DNA from: Klebsormidium nitens
Taxonomy: Eukaryota > Plantae > Klebsormidiophyceae
Length of the DNA stretch: 64,000 bases
Assembly (NCBI GenBank): GCA_000708835.1
Contig: DF237065.1
Coordinates: forward strand, 124,001-188,000
Direction of reading: 5' to 3'
The notes beneath the pieces were generated by a model. That model was not told where the DNA came from. It searched no databases and saw only the letters and a program-made list of their open reading frames with translations. The position numbers were made by a program, and so were the translations under genes. Below, piece by piece: positions 35,803 through 49,226 of this stretch. The first letter of the stretch is position 1. The number at the start of each line of letters is the position of its first letter.

Positions 35803-37360
35803 TTGCTCGGTTAAAGCTGGGTTGAGGTTGGGAGGTGGGTCAGTGAATGCGGGCTTCGATCAAAGCCGGGCTCGATTGCTTCCAAGGGGCGTCAAGCCTG
35901 GGGTAGTGAGGGGGGGGGGGTCCAGGAATGGGTCTCCTTGACACCAATTGCTTTAGCCAAAGCAACTACTTCGAAAAAAGCTTAACCCAAAGCTAGATTG
36001 GTATGTGGGTCAACGTGAGCTTCCTGTGAGGTGATTGATACGGACAGGATAGGGGCGTCGCCTGCTGCTTCAGTTCTTGGGCTGCTTTGATGTGGGGCAA
36101 AGTGATGGTGGCTCCGCTGAACCTTTCGGGATGCATTACAGGCCTAAGGCCATTTGGAGGGCCCTTTGTGTATACAGTGGAAATATTAGATTCCTTGGAA
36201 GAAAGAGGGGGATGGATCATAGGCGAGTGATAAATTGCGCAAGGCCGGGTAATATCACCCCACAAGCGAGCTAGTGAGTGGAATCCACGTCGTCGGAGAA
36301 GCAGCCGTTTCTTCCTTTTTCAAGCATCGTGCTAGCTAGTTCATTGAGGCCTTGCGGCAGCTCCAAGCTGTCCCTGACGATCTGAGTTGCAAAGTAAGCA
36401 TTAGATTGTGAATCAGCCATGAAATCTGTCCACTTGTCAATTGATTGAACGTGTACCACCTCCGGGTTGGAGGCTTGAGTGCGCTGACTCGTGAAGCTTC
36501 TCATTTGAACAGCAGAAGCGTTTAAGCTTGTAGGCCCATGCAATTGTGTGCATGACATGAAATGTGCCCAATGATGCCTTATTGAGCACCGTCAGCGGCC
36601 AGCTACTAGGTCAGTTCGAGTTGAAAGCACGGTACTGTCAATATACGAGTCAGCTCTGGTAAACGATGGTTGCACGAGTCACTGGTGGTTCAATACTGTA
36701 TATGACAGTCGGTTGTACTCGATTTAGTTCTATCGTAGTCGCACATGTTCGAGCTCGCTGCACATGCGCCATCCAAACATGACTCATGTCTGATGCCCAT
36801 GCGAGTGCGGCGCAATTTATATTATTAGTATACAGCCGTCAACTGACGCTCATAGAGTTAAGCCCGTGCAATATGTTGCGCAAACCTTGACCAATGATCA
36901 ATCATTTGCGCATGCTCATGCATGGTGTCTAGCTAGCTAGCTAGGTACGTATATGTATACAGATCATGGTGCTCGAGCATATGTGACTCTGCATGGCTGC
37001 ATGCGCTTTGCTTTTCTTAGAAACCTATATGCGGCGGACCGCTTCGCTGATGAACGTACATACCGCCTCAGTTGCACATACCACCGGCCATGGCATACCC
37101 TTGTAGGCTTAAGGCGGGTCCGAGGTACATAACTCCGACCATCTAGCCTGGTAGCTGCGTTCCACCCGACACATGGCCCGCCAAGCAATACATGATTGTG
37201 ACAGTGCTGCACATGGAACGTCCTCGTGTGCTGCGTTGCTTTCGTTTCTGAGTAGTCAACCGTGGCAGTATGTTGGCGGAGAACACAATGTGCAAAATGC
37301 TCTTGCATTTCTCTTCGTTCCAACATAAAGGTTGTATGCGGCCAACAACGTCATGGCCTT

Positions 37361-40300
37361 TCAGGCTGGTTTATGTTGCAACGACCTTTCTAACCTCGCA
37401 ATGGCTTCCGTGACTTTATCCGTGTCATCTTCGTATTCACTTGGCGGCCGAACCCTTTGACTCTGCTCGGCCTCAAAAATGCTAGATCTGTCGATCATCC
37501 CTCGTAACAAACCTGCGAAGTGATAGAGCTGAACGTCTTGCAACGAGTCTGCTGAAAATTTGAGGAATACCCGTGTGAACATGGGTTTGCAAGAACCATT
37601 GCCAGAAGCACTAGCGGTTGAAGGGGAACTTATTATTCCCGCACTTCCAAGCTTCAAAACGAGAGGCTGAAACGTAGAAACCCTGAAGAAAAGCTACGAT
37701 ACAACTATGAAAAATAATCGCAATCACACAGGAAAGCAGGTTTGACTGAGGGCGCGTTTGCCGGCAATTCAAAGCGAAAAAGGAATAAACGACGAAGTTG
37801 GAATTCAAAATACAGGTCACTCACCTAAAGGAAGACATAGAGCAGCGCCAACGGCAGACGAAGCGGCAGCCGCTCGCAAACGTAAAGGAAGGGTCACCCC
37901 CGGACCCGGCACTGCATAAGGATGACAGACAATTATGCAGCAACTTCACTTCGGGTGGACGAATCGTCAACTCCGTGGTTTTTGTCTGGGAACATGAGGT
38001 TTTGGCCCACAATACCCCGAATTTGGTGTTTACCAGCAACAGAGTAATGTTATTTCTAAACCGCCCGACCGTCGCAACCATAACGGGGTGGACTGAAATC
38101 CGGGATTTCATTTCATCTGGCCTAAGAGAGCGACTGCTACTGTGCGTGCTTCGGTGTGAATCGCCCCACGACCGTAATGGAGCTCTTCAAGCAACCTCAG
38201 GGCTTTGGACACGGCGGCTTGCAAACTTGCACGCACGCTCGTCGACAAAAGTGTCCTATCCTAAAGCGAAGCCCGGATCTTGCACCGCTCTCGTTCGAAC
38301 TCAATGTCCCCAAAACGACAAAGCTTTCAAATCAGCCGGAACGACTGTCTCCAGAAGGCTTTCTAACATTCATCTCCAAGATATTGTACCCGTTTATCCC
38401 CAACCAACCTTTCAATACCATCGCGGGTAAAGGCGGAGCATATCAGCGGCACTGAAGTCTCACCTGTGCCTTTCAGATCGCATGCTAGCCAGAACTCTCT
38501 CCAACCGTTAAAATAGCAGGCCAGATCGACGACAGATCTGTGAAACTTACGTGCCAGACCCGCTGCTCCGCAAGCGATCGCCCCCGCAGCCATGCTGTCC
38601 CAAACGTCCGACTTTTCTCGATACGCAATCATGCCTTGCTGGATCCCGGAATACAGCGCCACGAAGCCCCCAACCTGGGAACGTGCCGATGACAATTGTC
38701 AGGTACTAGCACGTAAGAGGCATGGCAATCGTGTGTGTGCCAGCTGTCTTCTTGCTGTGCTCTTAGTAATCCACGGTGCCTTTGACAAGGACAAACAATA
38801 AAAGTCAAGAATTTGTTTAATATTTGAAAGAGTAGGTTGCAGCGTCCAATAAATACTACTTGTATAGCACACTAACCTGAAGCACCACTTTCCTTAGAAT
38901 GTCAAAAGTAGCTCCTTGATTTGCACCACCGCTCCGAAAAGTTCTCGAGGCCAACTATATTCTGCCCTTCTACCAGGTAGTCATTCCGTTGAGCGCTCAT
39001 GTTGAAAACCGTCCTGTCATCAACGACTACATACGGTGTGCAACGAGACGACGTCACAGCTTTGATTACTTGCAAGTCACGACTGCTTTCAGCGGCTGAC
39101 AGAGTGGGGCTAAAGATAATCAGTACCTTTCAAAACGAGGCTGGCCAGGGACGGTTGACCTGGCAAGGTTGAATGCGAAACCCTGGTCTTGGTTGCCTTC
39201 GACCATTTACATGTTGCAAAGGCCCCAGAACACGCCCAAACCCGCCACGTCGTCATGCCCAACCTGGTCCCCAATTCCGGTCCCAAGAATACTAATTTTC
39301 CTTGACCACCCTTACACCAAGTTACTCAGCCCCAAATCCTGACCAACCGTCAAAACAGTACGAAGTTTGCCAACTTCGCAAGCAATACATAACATACCCG
39401 CACTCCCGAGCGCAATGCCCCTCTCGTGATCTTCAGAAACCTCCGCTCCATCAGGTGGCGCTTGTAGTTCGGGACTCGCTTCTCGGCGGCCCGGATGCCG
39501 TCCTGATTGCCAAACTCGTAGCCGGTTGTGCTGGCGTGCGCCCCGCTGTCGGCTCGGGGCGGCGGCACAAAATGACTCTCCTGAGAGAGAAAAGGTATAG
39601 AAACTTGAGTAAATTTCGCCTGTTTTAGGGTAAGCACCTGAGGGACGGGTGAGGTTAGTCTGGGGGTTAGGGTGGGTGCGAGTGGGGAGCGCGTATTATT
39701 TCGGTTAGGGATTTTAGTTGAGGTGCCCGGGGCTTTTGTATCTTGCAAAAATCTCTAGTAGATATCAATCTAGAGTTACCAGTATCGTACAGAAAGCGTT
39801 CGGCTCTTTCCATCTCTGCAGTGACTCTTGTGTTCTGGATGGCTCTCACACGTCCTGAGGTCTGACTCATACTTACAGGCATCGACGTTATGATCAAGAC
39901 TGACAAAAGAGTGTGTGACCAATGTCAGTTTCCTGACAAGGGTCTCTCAGTACTGGGATTCATTCTGGAAAGCCCAGCACACCAGCAATCAGAGCGGCAG
40001 GACTGTCTCAATACAACTGCAAGTGTCACGACACAACGCTTCTATCAGTGCAAACGTTTTCCATGAACAGGGCGGGTGGATGCGGCTACTTTATCACCTT
40101 CCGCCAGCTCTTTCACAAAGAGGGAACCTTGAAAGTCAACAGCTCACTTCCCAGACCCCGCGCTGGGGACCGAGAATAAGTAAGTCCTCCTTTTGATGTA
40201 CCAAGATGTGAAGACGTGAAAGGTAAAACTCCTGACACAGCCGCACCAAGATTTTAAGGAATGGAAGGTAACTCTGCTGAAATTGATGGCTCTAGGACCA

Positions 40301-40857
40301 TCATAGGGAGACAGCCAGAGAATGAAAAGGAGCGCACCTTTGGGGCCAACGCCTCACGCACACCACCAAACACGGCCCCTGCGAGCACCCCCGCTGTGCT
40401 GGTTGCGGCCCATTCCTGGACCTCCGGAGGCGGAGGGGGCACCTATGCACACAGGAAGGATGCAGTTTGCAAAAAATGAGGTTGAAACTTGGTTAGTAGC
40501 CCCCTGACCAGGCCTCTAATTTGGTTAAGAGGCATGGGTTATGTTGTTGATTTGCGGACCTTTCCTGTGCTGCAAACATACCGGGCCATTACGAGAAACT
40601 TGGAAACTCAACGGAGTTTCCACTCTTTCCTTATGAGCAGAGCACCAGGTGTGATGTGAACAGGAGTGACTGTCCGAGACGAGCCTTGATGATTTCTGGG
40701 TCAACGGAAGCTAGAAGAAACAGATGCATGAGTACAACTTGAACTGCTGAAACCGCTGATTGGATTAGATCGTATCGAGCAATTGAAAAGGATTTAGGAA
40801 ATGACAGATTCAGCTTACCTCCTCTCCAGGTTCAATACGGCGGAACAGCTCTTTCAT
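37361..40857 (-). CDS. Tim17/Tim22/Tim23 (PRAT) family membrane protein, plant At5g63000-like type (~229 aa)
   Basis: Exons 40857-40819, 40442-40338, 39580-39398, 38674-38551, 37911-37825, 37512-37361 (690 nt, phase-consistent). Glycine-zipper TMs: GVLAGAVFGGVREA; MERRFLKITRGALRSGVRVGGFVALYSGIQ...DVWDSMAAGAIACGAAG; AVGAALCLPLG. C-terminal AIARLERSL. The orthology assignment is from memory. Confidence 0.85.
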
Positions 40858-42231
40858 GGTCAGTTTATGGCTTGCCTCCAAGAAAAGTTGCCTGCAAAAG
40901 CGAAGAGCGATTGAAAGTGGTGGGGCACGAAACAAACTCGATGGCAGCAGAGGGTAAGCTGCTTGACGTCTTCTTTGAATACCTCAAGGGGAGAACAATC
41001 TTAGACCCTGAGAACCAAGAAACTGTATCGATTTCAAAGCTAGAGTTGGGCATGCGACGGAAAGGGTGATTGTTTTGATGATGACAACGGAAGTCAACGA
41101 GGAGTCTGAGAGTCACTTGGTAAACTTGTTACCCACAGCTTGCCCTGCCACAGTTCTCCAATCAATCACTTTCATGTAACGCTGAGACTGCTAAGATTGT
41201 GCAGAAGATGCAGGCGCAACATTGCAGGACTTGCCATTGCTCGCCAGCAGATTCCACTAACATCAAACAACCACTGCACAGAGATGATCTTTGCTACATC
41301 GCATCCATCTTGCAAACTTTATTTGACTGCCAGAAATTCTTACCAATCAGGTTGTTCTGAAACAACTTTCTCTGAGGTGTTTTTCACCAAACGCGCAGAG
41401 TCGAAGTGCTTATTCTTCTCCGTGTGATGTCAGCAGCCTCTCTCGCAGATATAAACCAAATTGGCAGACGTCTGCTGCAGCCTTCCACAGTGCGATCTGT
41501 GCGCCAGCTCGACCTCGTCTTTGCTTGCTCAGTTGCTGATCAATTCTGATCCAGCAAGCGCAGCTGACATTCATTTTAACTTGAATGTTTGAGCAGCAAA
41601 CAAATATAGGAGGTCGGCAATTGGTCCGCCGCTTATGCATTCTTCGTTAGCAGCTTATCTGCAATCCTTGTCAAACTCGAGATAGAATCCGGCTCTTGCC
41701 TGTTTCAAACAGCTCTAGCCTCAACATGGATTCTCCTGATTCTCAAATAAGTTGGGAGACAATTTTCACAAATTTTAAGCGCGTATGTTTTTTGTAGCGC
41801 ATATAGGCCAGGGCCGCGGTACTGCTTGAAGGAGAGTCAAGACTCAAGAGCAGAGGTCACGAGTGCAAAACCAGATGATGATCTTGTCATTGATGCACAA
41901 GATCACTGACACAGGGCTGCCTGCTGCCACTGCCAGTGCAGGTTCTTCAAGTTCTTGCACAGTACCACAGTCATCTTGACAGGAGAGCCTGCTCATGAGC
42001 TCCATTCCACTTGATCAATCTGGACTGATAGTTGTATCTTTGCGCAGTGGTGGTACAAACGATCAGGGCGGCCGCCGCTGCAGCTAAGTTTTCTGCTCAC
42101 AAGTTGAGATTCGAATGCAATCCAGAGGACAGTCGCCATCACACATAGGTCAGAGACGGACCATATTTGCAAGGTCGCTGGTACTTACCCTAGGTCTTGC
42201 ACACTATCCTTCATAAAATACTTGTAGTGCG

Positions 42232-43348
42232 ATGGTATTCCTTTTGCTGCAAATAAAGGCGGACTTGGAAAACTTGACGAACTTGCAGCAAGAGGATCCG
42301 TCAACGTTTGTCTACTATTTCAAGGTGAGTGTCTTTGCAGCAAAACTTGGACAGGTATTACTCTCTTTCTTAGTCTCGCACCACATTGGGGAGCAGGCCA
42401 AGCAAATGCCATGGCCTACTTAATGATATTTGGAGCAGCTTCACGTAAGGCAGGCCATTGCTTTGGCAGCTTGATGCTCAAAGAGTCAACTACTAGTTAC
42501 TTGAGACCCTTCAAGTCTTGAGCCAAACCAAGGCAAGCTTAAAGCATTTGTCCAGATTGGTCCAGCCTACTTTTTATGTCCTGATCTGAAGATGGCACCC
42601 GCAAAGTTGCTGGCGCTCTGGCTGCTTGGCCCTCGCTTGGCAGCTTCTAAGGGGTTTGTCATGGAACTTCATGTTATAGGACCTCTGGCAAAGCTCCCTC
42701 GAAGCGTGTGACCTTACTTTGCGAGATTTTCCTTCCAGAATTGCTATCCTGCAACTTTGGAGTCAAATAATCGATAAATAAAGCAAGTAGTAAGGAGACC
42801 TGGCTAGACTTACCACCAAGGTCAATCTCGAGTCTGTCACTCTCAATGTCAGTGATCAATCTCTTGACCTATCAAATGTAAGGGATGCTTTTTCAGTAAG
42901 ATCAGCACCAGATGACTTCGCTAGTAATCACTTCTGATCCTTTCAGGTCAAGTGTACGAGCTGCAATGAGCCCAGCGATAAGGAGTCTGGCTTGACGGCA
43001 GGCGAGCAGTATGACATTCCGGGTAGTCGAGGAACCGCGCATCTTGTTCAAAAGTGCAAGTTCTGCGGACGGACAGGCACAATCACTCTTGTGGAAGGGA
43101 AGGGCCGGCCACTCACAGCAGAAGACAGCGAGTCACAAAAAGAGGCACCGGTAGCATGCTTTGATTGCCGAGGGATGGAACCGATCGAATTCTTCCCGCG
43201 GGAGGGGTGGGTGGCTGAGGGAGTCGAGTCTGGTAAGAAGTTCGAGGTTGATCTGACGGAGCTCGAGCATGTAGACTACGACGAAAAGGCGAAAGAGAGC
43301 GTTGGGGTGTACAATGTGGAACACAGTTTCAAAGTAACAAAGGGGTAA
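42232..43348 (+). CDS. CZIB: DUF866 / CXXC-motif zinc-binding protein (~164 aa)
   Basis: Exons 42232-42324 (LQIKADLENLTNL...YYFK) and 42947-43348 (VKCTSCNE...GSRGTAHLVQKCKFCGR...FDCRGMEPIEF...W.DYDEK...SVGVY). Confidence 0.93.
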
Positions 43349-44211
43349 GAGCTAACTGTAGACATAGAAACTGTAACCAAAGGTACTGCAGCTTGCCAAG
43401 GTCCTAGAGGGGCGGCCACGATAAGGAGTGCACTGATACCAAAAAATCTATAGACTGAGCTCAATGATCAAGGCCGATTGCTTTGATTGAAGTGGAGTTG
43501 CATTTTATGCAACTGCTATCGAGTAGTTCCTAATTTCATGTATTCCCCCACGGTCATGATGACTACCATGATACTGTACTAGGCTAACTTACTTTGCAAT
43601 GGAGAATTGAGGTTTTCTGGCCATGTCAAGATTACGAGTGGTGGACTTCGCAACCCAACACATCGTACGTCATCTAGTCAACCTTGTGTGTCTTCTTATG
43701 ATTGTAGATTGCTCGCTCAATCCAGAGCAAAACCTCATGATTATTCAACGGCATGATCGCTCCATCTCATGTGCGGGATATATAGGTTTCGACTCTAGCC
43801 GGCGCAGCGGTCCACGCTGAGGCTTCCATGCACATGGTGATGTTGCATGTGCAGTGCACTCTAGCTCAAGTTCTACGATGATCGGTGCACATAAGACCCG
43901 GCCGGACCAGAAGACTTGAACTAACTGGTGATTGGTTCGTGCTTTATAATAGGCGGTTGTCTCGTTTACGGACAGTTGAATTCGTCCCGTACATGCCGCC
44001 CTTGCCATGCATGTCCGGATTGCAGCAAGTCGTTTAGATTATATCCAGGTCCAATGGTCGTTGAACCTACAACTATATCGACATGATAGCCAACGAAAGT
44101 CACTGGCCCGGACGCAGTTGTGGCGTGCCGCCCTGGCGCATGACGTTTAGTGTGAGAATCGTATCAGAAAGAAACTAACTTCTTTCCGCATGAAAACTTA
44201 ATTTCGAATAA

Positions 44212-47200
44212 TTATGACCAGCGCCGCTTGTCCTCATCAGAGTCCACAGGATGATACCAGTCCGGCGGTTTCACATGCGGGCTCAGCCGATAGTTCAACA
44301 GCACTTCCTCATCTTTTATCTCTTTTGACGCTATAAGCACAAGCGTCCGCACAACGTCCGGCCGCCGCACACGTTCCCCCGGTCGGTCCAGATTCTGGTC
44401 GTCATCGTCCCTCGTCTCCCAGATCGACCGATAGCCTATCGGCGTATCCGCCCTCTTCTGGGGCCCCTTGTCGGGGCAAAGCGTATTGGGGACATACGGC
44501 CGCAACTCGTCCATACCCGGGCCGCTTACGTGGAAGTCGTATGGGCAGACAACGACGTTTGGCGCCACGCCCTCCTCTGGGTGGTTGGCAAAGTGAGCGA
44601 GCGCCAGGGGGTGTCTCGTCTCTAGCAAAGTGCCCTGAGAAGATCTCTTTGATCCGGTGCGGCCCTCTCCGACGGCAACCAGCCTCCACCAACCCAAGCC
44701 CCCGCTCGCGCCTCCTTTTACAACTTGGTCTCTCGTTCCGGCTTCCGGATCTAGCCCATTTTCGTTGGAATGCGCAGTCGTGCTTTCGACTGGCAGCTTC
44801 TCGACCAATTCTTCCCGGTCACTCACACTCATGCCTCCACTTCTCTGTCCACTCCCCTCTGTCGACACGCCGGTCTCCCCCGATTGACCTTCCACGTTTG
44901 TCCGCTCAAAGCGCACCGCTGTCCCCCCCGAAACCTCTGATTCAGCATCGCGCCCCGAAGTCCCCGCACCCTCCTCCACACAGATCTCCTCAAGACTCGG
45001 CACCCCATCCCAGTGAAACCTCCGGTCCCCTCCCGCGCCCCACGGTTTCGCGTCGATCACGACGCCGTCAAACCGGGCAATGAAGTACGGGTTATCCCGG
45101 CCGATCCTGGAGATAAAGTAGTATTGCCTTGATGTTGGTGATGATAAATAGGGTTACGGCACGTTGGGTAAGGTCAGTGCCCGGGGGACAATTAGTAATT
45201 AGCTTGGGGGTTAGGGTGGGTACGGATGCGGAGCACGTAACTTTAGATTCGGGCCCCGAGGAACGAATGTACCTCGATCAAGGCCTAAGTCGAGGCAAAG
45301 TCGAGTCAGCTTTGGGTTACGACTTTGGCTTTTTTGCGTCCAGGAGCACGTCTATCTCGACATAGGCCTAGATGAACGCAAGCTCGGAGCTTCTGGAGGT
45401 TACCTGGGGTAACCGGGAATTTGGCGATACTGGGAGGGATCGTAGATTACGCCCGGGTAGAGGCCGACCACGGACCCTGGAGTAGCGACACCGGACAGAA
45501 AGAGGCCCGTCCCAGCGTCCGCGTGCTTGACCTGCAAGCCCAAACAAACGATTAATCGTAGCTTCGTAGGAAGGAATTCCAAGGTTGTCAGCAAACTTAA
45601 GAATATGGAGGCTTTAGAAGATGTTGTAGATGCCGCCCGGGTAAAGGGCGACCAAAGACTTTGAGATGGCGACGACGGAGAAGAAGAGGCCCGTCCCTTC
45701 GTCCGCATGCTTGACCTGCGTGTCCGAAAAACGGTTAATCGTAACCATTTGTGGCGATTCCAGGGTTGTCTGGGGTAAACAAGAACCGGCGGGATCAGAG
45801 AATTCGTAGATGACGCCCGGGTAAAGGAAGACAACGGACCCCGGGAGTGCCGGGCAAGGAGAGGCCCAATCAGGGTCCGCGTGCTTGAGCATCTGCACAA
45901 AGGGCTGCTATTCTGGGTATGAGGTTTTAGGGAGTGTGGTTCTACGAGGAAGAACTTGCAATGGGGCCTTATTCAGTAACATTGTAAAAGACATCGATCT
46001 CAGAAGGGTTTGAGCGTTTGATCTAAGAACAGAGGCGCGCTTCGACTCAGAAACACTGTTGACCGCTGTTGAGAACTCAGTTGCGAACACAAAAAGGCGT
46101 GCTTTAAACGAGACAGCCTTTCAAAGAAACTGAACCCTCAAACGACGTCCGTCTATTCCAATTTGCTCCGCACGACCTGCAACAACGTGGCCAACCCTCC
46201 CTTGTACGAACGAAAAACCGTAATCAACCAATCGACGGTTGCACGAAATGCCACTAGAGTAAAGAGACTTTGAAAGTTCGATCCTAAACTAGATAGTCGG
46301 GAAACGGCTCCCACCTTCGACGGCGCAAGCCGGAGCGTGTACCCCAGCGCTGCGCGCAGCTTTTCGGACAGTTCTTCTCTCGAAATTGTTCGGACGTCCG
46401 TTTTCAGATCGCTGCCGGGCTGGTGCGACGCGCCCCCTCCGACAGCCATTCCGAGGCCGCTCTGCCGTTTTGTGCGCGAGAGCCGCTCGCGCACCTCGAT
46501 CTGGGCCTGTTCCCACCCGGGAGTCAAGGCACTGTGGAGCAGTCGGGAGATGGCGACGATCTGGCGATGTACATTCTCCTGCAAAGGTGACTAGGGGATC
46601 GAGCGAGGAAAATAGGGGAGGAATTGAGACGGAAGGTTTGTTCGGGCTTCGGTGTTCGAGAACAACCTTGTGCACAGGTGGGTTCGAAATCTGGGAAAAG
46701 GAATGGGTAGGAGTTGAAGCGAAGAGATTGTTCGGGCTTCGTAAGGTGACAGAACTCAAGCGGAGATTGAAGAAGAGGTGGGAGCTTGAGGAAAGGACCG
46801 ACACCGTGAACTATCTTGTGGGTCAACCTGGAGCCTGCCAAGATGGGTTAGGGTGCACCGTGATTCAAAAGAGCGGTACAAAATGGTGAGAGCAGGAAAA
46901 GGGACCGCCGGTGGGAAGAGTACGTGTCAAATCGTACACACGAGCGTCCCAAACCCAGCAATTGTCCAAAGCTTTGGACACAGGTTTCTGCTTGGGCGGT
47001 TACGAGCTGTATTATAAGCGAGGAGCTGGAAAAGCCGTGACTGGAAAGTCGTCGACAACTGCCGAGGTCCTGTACAGTTGTAGCGCTCAAACCGTCAGAT
47101 TGATGCATTGAGTTTCCATAATGGGGTGCCGAGATGGATCAGTCTCTCATTCAGTGCAGCGGTTCGTCTAAATTGGCAGCGGTTCGATCTGGGAAGACAG

Positions 47201-48611
47201 CCGTTCAACTTGGAAAAGCACCTGGTAAGTGCGACTTTCCTCACTTTTTTGCTCAGGTTTGTCTGCAACTCTCCTCGGCTATAGCAATAATCGTTAATAA
47301 TCGTTAATACTCGTTAAACAATATATCAATGTTCAAAGAAAGCGGGACGCACGGACCTGTACTTGCTTCTTTTGCTCCTCAAAAGACGTCTCATCGGCCT
47401 CCTTTTGGATGACGTCAGTTGCTAGAGCGGTGCCTTGCTGCTCACATGCCTTGTACCTGCGGAGTACGGAGCCCCAGCATAAGATAGTTCAAAGACTTGC
47501 AAAAAAGCAGAATCGTATTGTTGCAGTTTTCTTTGTTCAATGAGAAGGTACAATGCGCTGTGCAGCTCTTGCTTAAACTCCAGCTGATCCCAGAGTGAAA
47601 TAGGATCTACATGGGTTTATATGTGACAACTTCGGAATTCTGTGAACCTTAGGTTATCAGTTCGGACCAAGAACAGATTCTACGTGGATGCATGTGTGAC
47701 ACAACTGAAAAATGAAGTGGCCACGCTAGAAGGAGAGGGGACACAGAGAAAAAGGGGATTCCAAAAGTATGGCCATCCCTTTCCCCAAAAGTCGAAGTCT
47801 GATTTCATGTAAGAGCTAAATGGATGGCGGCACTAGCTTACTTTGATTCAGGCACGATGAAATGTCCCTAATGTTTTCCGGAAGCTCAGCACAAGGAGGA
47901 CCGTACAAGTCGAAAGGAGCATGCAATTAATGCAACAAAGGAGGGTTTGGCAATCTTGAGATTAAATTCCCCTCTTCACCCCTCTGCAAAGGATCACATC
48001 GCAATGAAATTGGCTACGGTGCCAAGGGCAATTTGGTGAATGGACTTACCTTGTGAGCAAGAACAGCCTGTGCGTGTCAATCTCCTGCTGAAGTCGCCGC
48101 TTATTCAACTTTTGAAAGAACGAGGATGGGGAGAACGCATCGAGCAACTGCACAGGACAACATTTGGTGTGATATCAATCTGAGCTGGTCGAGACTCAGA
48201 CAAGTGAAGGTTGCATAATTTGAAGTGGAGGTATCGTCGGTCGCCAGTTGTTCTAAGGTGGGATTCTACCATAGCCCGACAGAGCAGATAGTTGGACTCT
48301 TCTTTGCTCAAGCCCCATCTCCTGATTGCAGGCGGTCTATTTGCCAGAGAAGCACAGAGCTGTGCAACTAGTTGGCAATATCAGCCCTGAAGGTGGCGGC
48401 TAGTTCAGAGCGGGTACAACCCAGCTGGCGCCATTAAAATCTCTTCCATGCAGTCCTACTACATGCAACTGAATCACTTCCAAGCACTGGTCTGGCCCTG
48501 TCAAGCGATTTGTTGTCAGTAATTGTCTGATGAGAAGGTGGTGCAGCGTCTGCCTGATGCCTGCAACCGGCGCCAGCATTCTCCACGCCTGGAACTGACC
48601 TTCTTGAACAT
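44212..48611 (-). CDS. SETD9-like / plant C5orf35-type SET-domain-related protein (~485 aa)
   Basis: Exons 48611-48600 (tentative start MFKK), 48108-48050, 47456-47357, 46578-46315, 45531-45404, 45106-44212. Motifs: IDTHRLFLLT, QKKQVQENVH, GTGLFL.G....GSVVGLYPGVIY, NPYFIARFDGVVIDAKPWG, HPLALAHFANHP, PNVVVCPYDF, VLIASKEIKDEEVLLNYRLS...PDWY.PVD..EDKRRWS. Confidence 0.88.
45589..45894 (-). repeat. Two decayed whole-exon copies of the 128-nt SETD9-like exon 45531-45404
   Basis: Copies at 45715-45589 and 45892-45770 (period ~180 bp). Both keep an acceptor AG, and both show 'acaacc' where the real donor reads 'gtaacc'. Confidence 0.9.
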
Positions 48612-49226
48612 CTTGCTCACTGCCGCCAAGCAGGGGCCCCCGCCACAGCGAGTGGACTGATTGCAGCAAAATGCACTGTCAAAATGCCAAGCTTCAGCAG
48701 TTGCATGGATTTGCTAGCTAGGTACTTGTACCAAGGAAGACGGCCCCAATGCTGCCAGGAAACCGATGCGCCTCCCCTTCTTGAACCAGTATTGCTAATT
48801 GGAAGTAAGGTGCCAGCGTTCAGGAGTTCTGCTAGCATTTCACCATGGTCAGAAGTAAACCTGGAGCTTACCATGTCTCAGGAGGTCGGCAATTCTCACG
48901 TCTCTCGGCTGCTACGGTTTCTATGACTATTCGACTGTCTGCCTCTATGACTGTAACCATTACCAGGCACTTCGACGCTCAATTGTAACCTGGGTGAACC
49001 TGGGCAGCTTTCCTAAACCAAAAATGGCACTTGAACCATGTTGGGTGGCCAGCCAGAACTTTTTCATGGCAGAAATCCATTCAAAGCAGCGCAACCGAGG
49101 TGTGTTGGGCGCTGTGATCAGCAGAGCCTGTGACCTTTGGACCCTGGATCTAAGGTATTGTGCCTGTTTCTTGCTGGCTAGTTGCTGTCAAAGGCGTGTC
49201 ACCTCTTCTAAGAACCAGGCAACTCA

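Noticed and set aside
44541-45083. 180-aa plus-strand ORF
   Set aside because: Antisense shadow of the SETD9-like last exon.
47134-47224. Plus-strand ATG...CCTG|gtaagt looked like the first exon of the 50-52 kb gene
   Set aside because: It lies inside an intron of the minus-strand SETD9-like gene, whose conserved exons continue to 47456 and 48108. A closer in-phase first exon exists at 49227-49314.
14865-47320. Short two- to three-copy tandem repeats (ATGGTGGCTAAAGA ~14867, CACGGGAGTTAG ~30176, AATCGTTAAT ~47289)
   Set aside because: Ordinary slippage duplications with no further structure.
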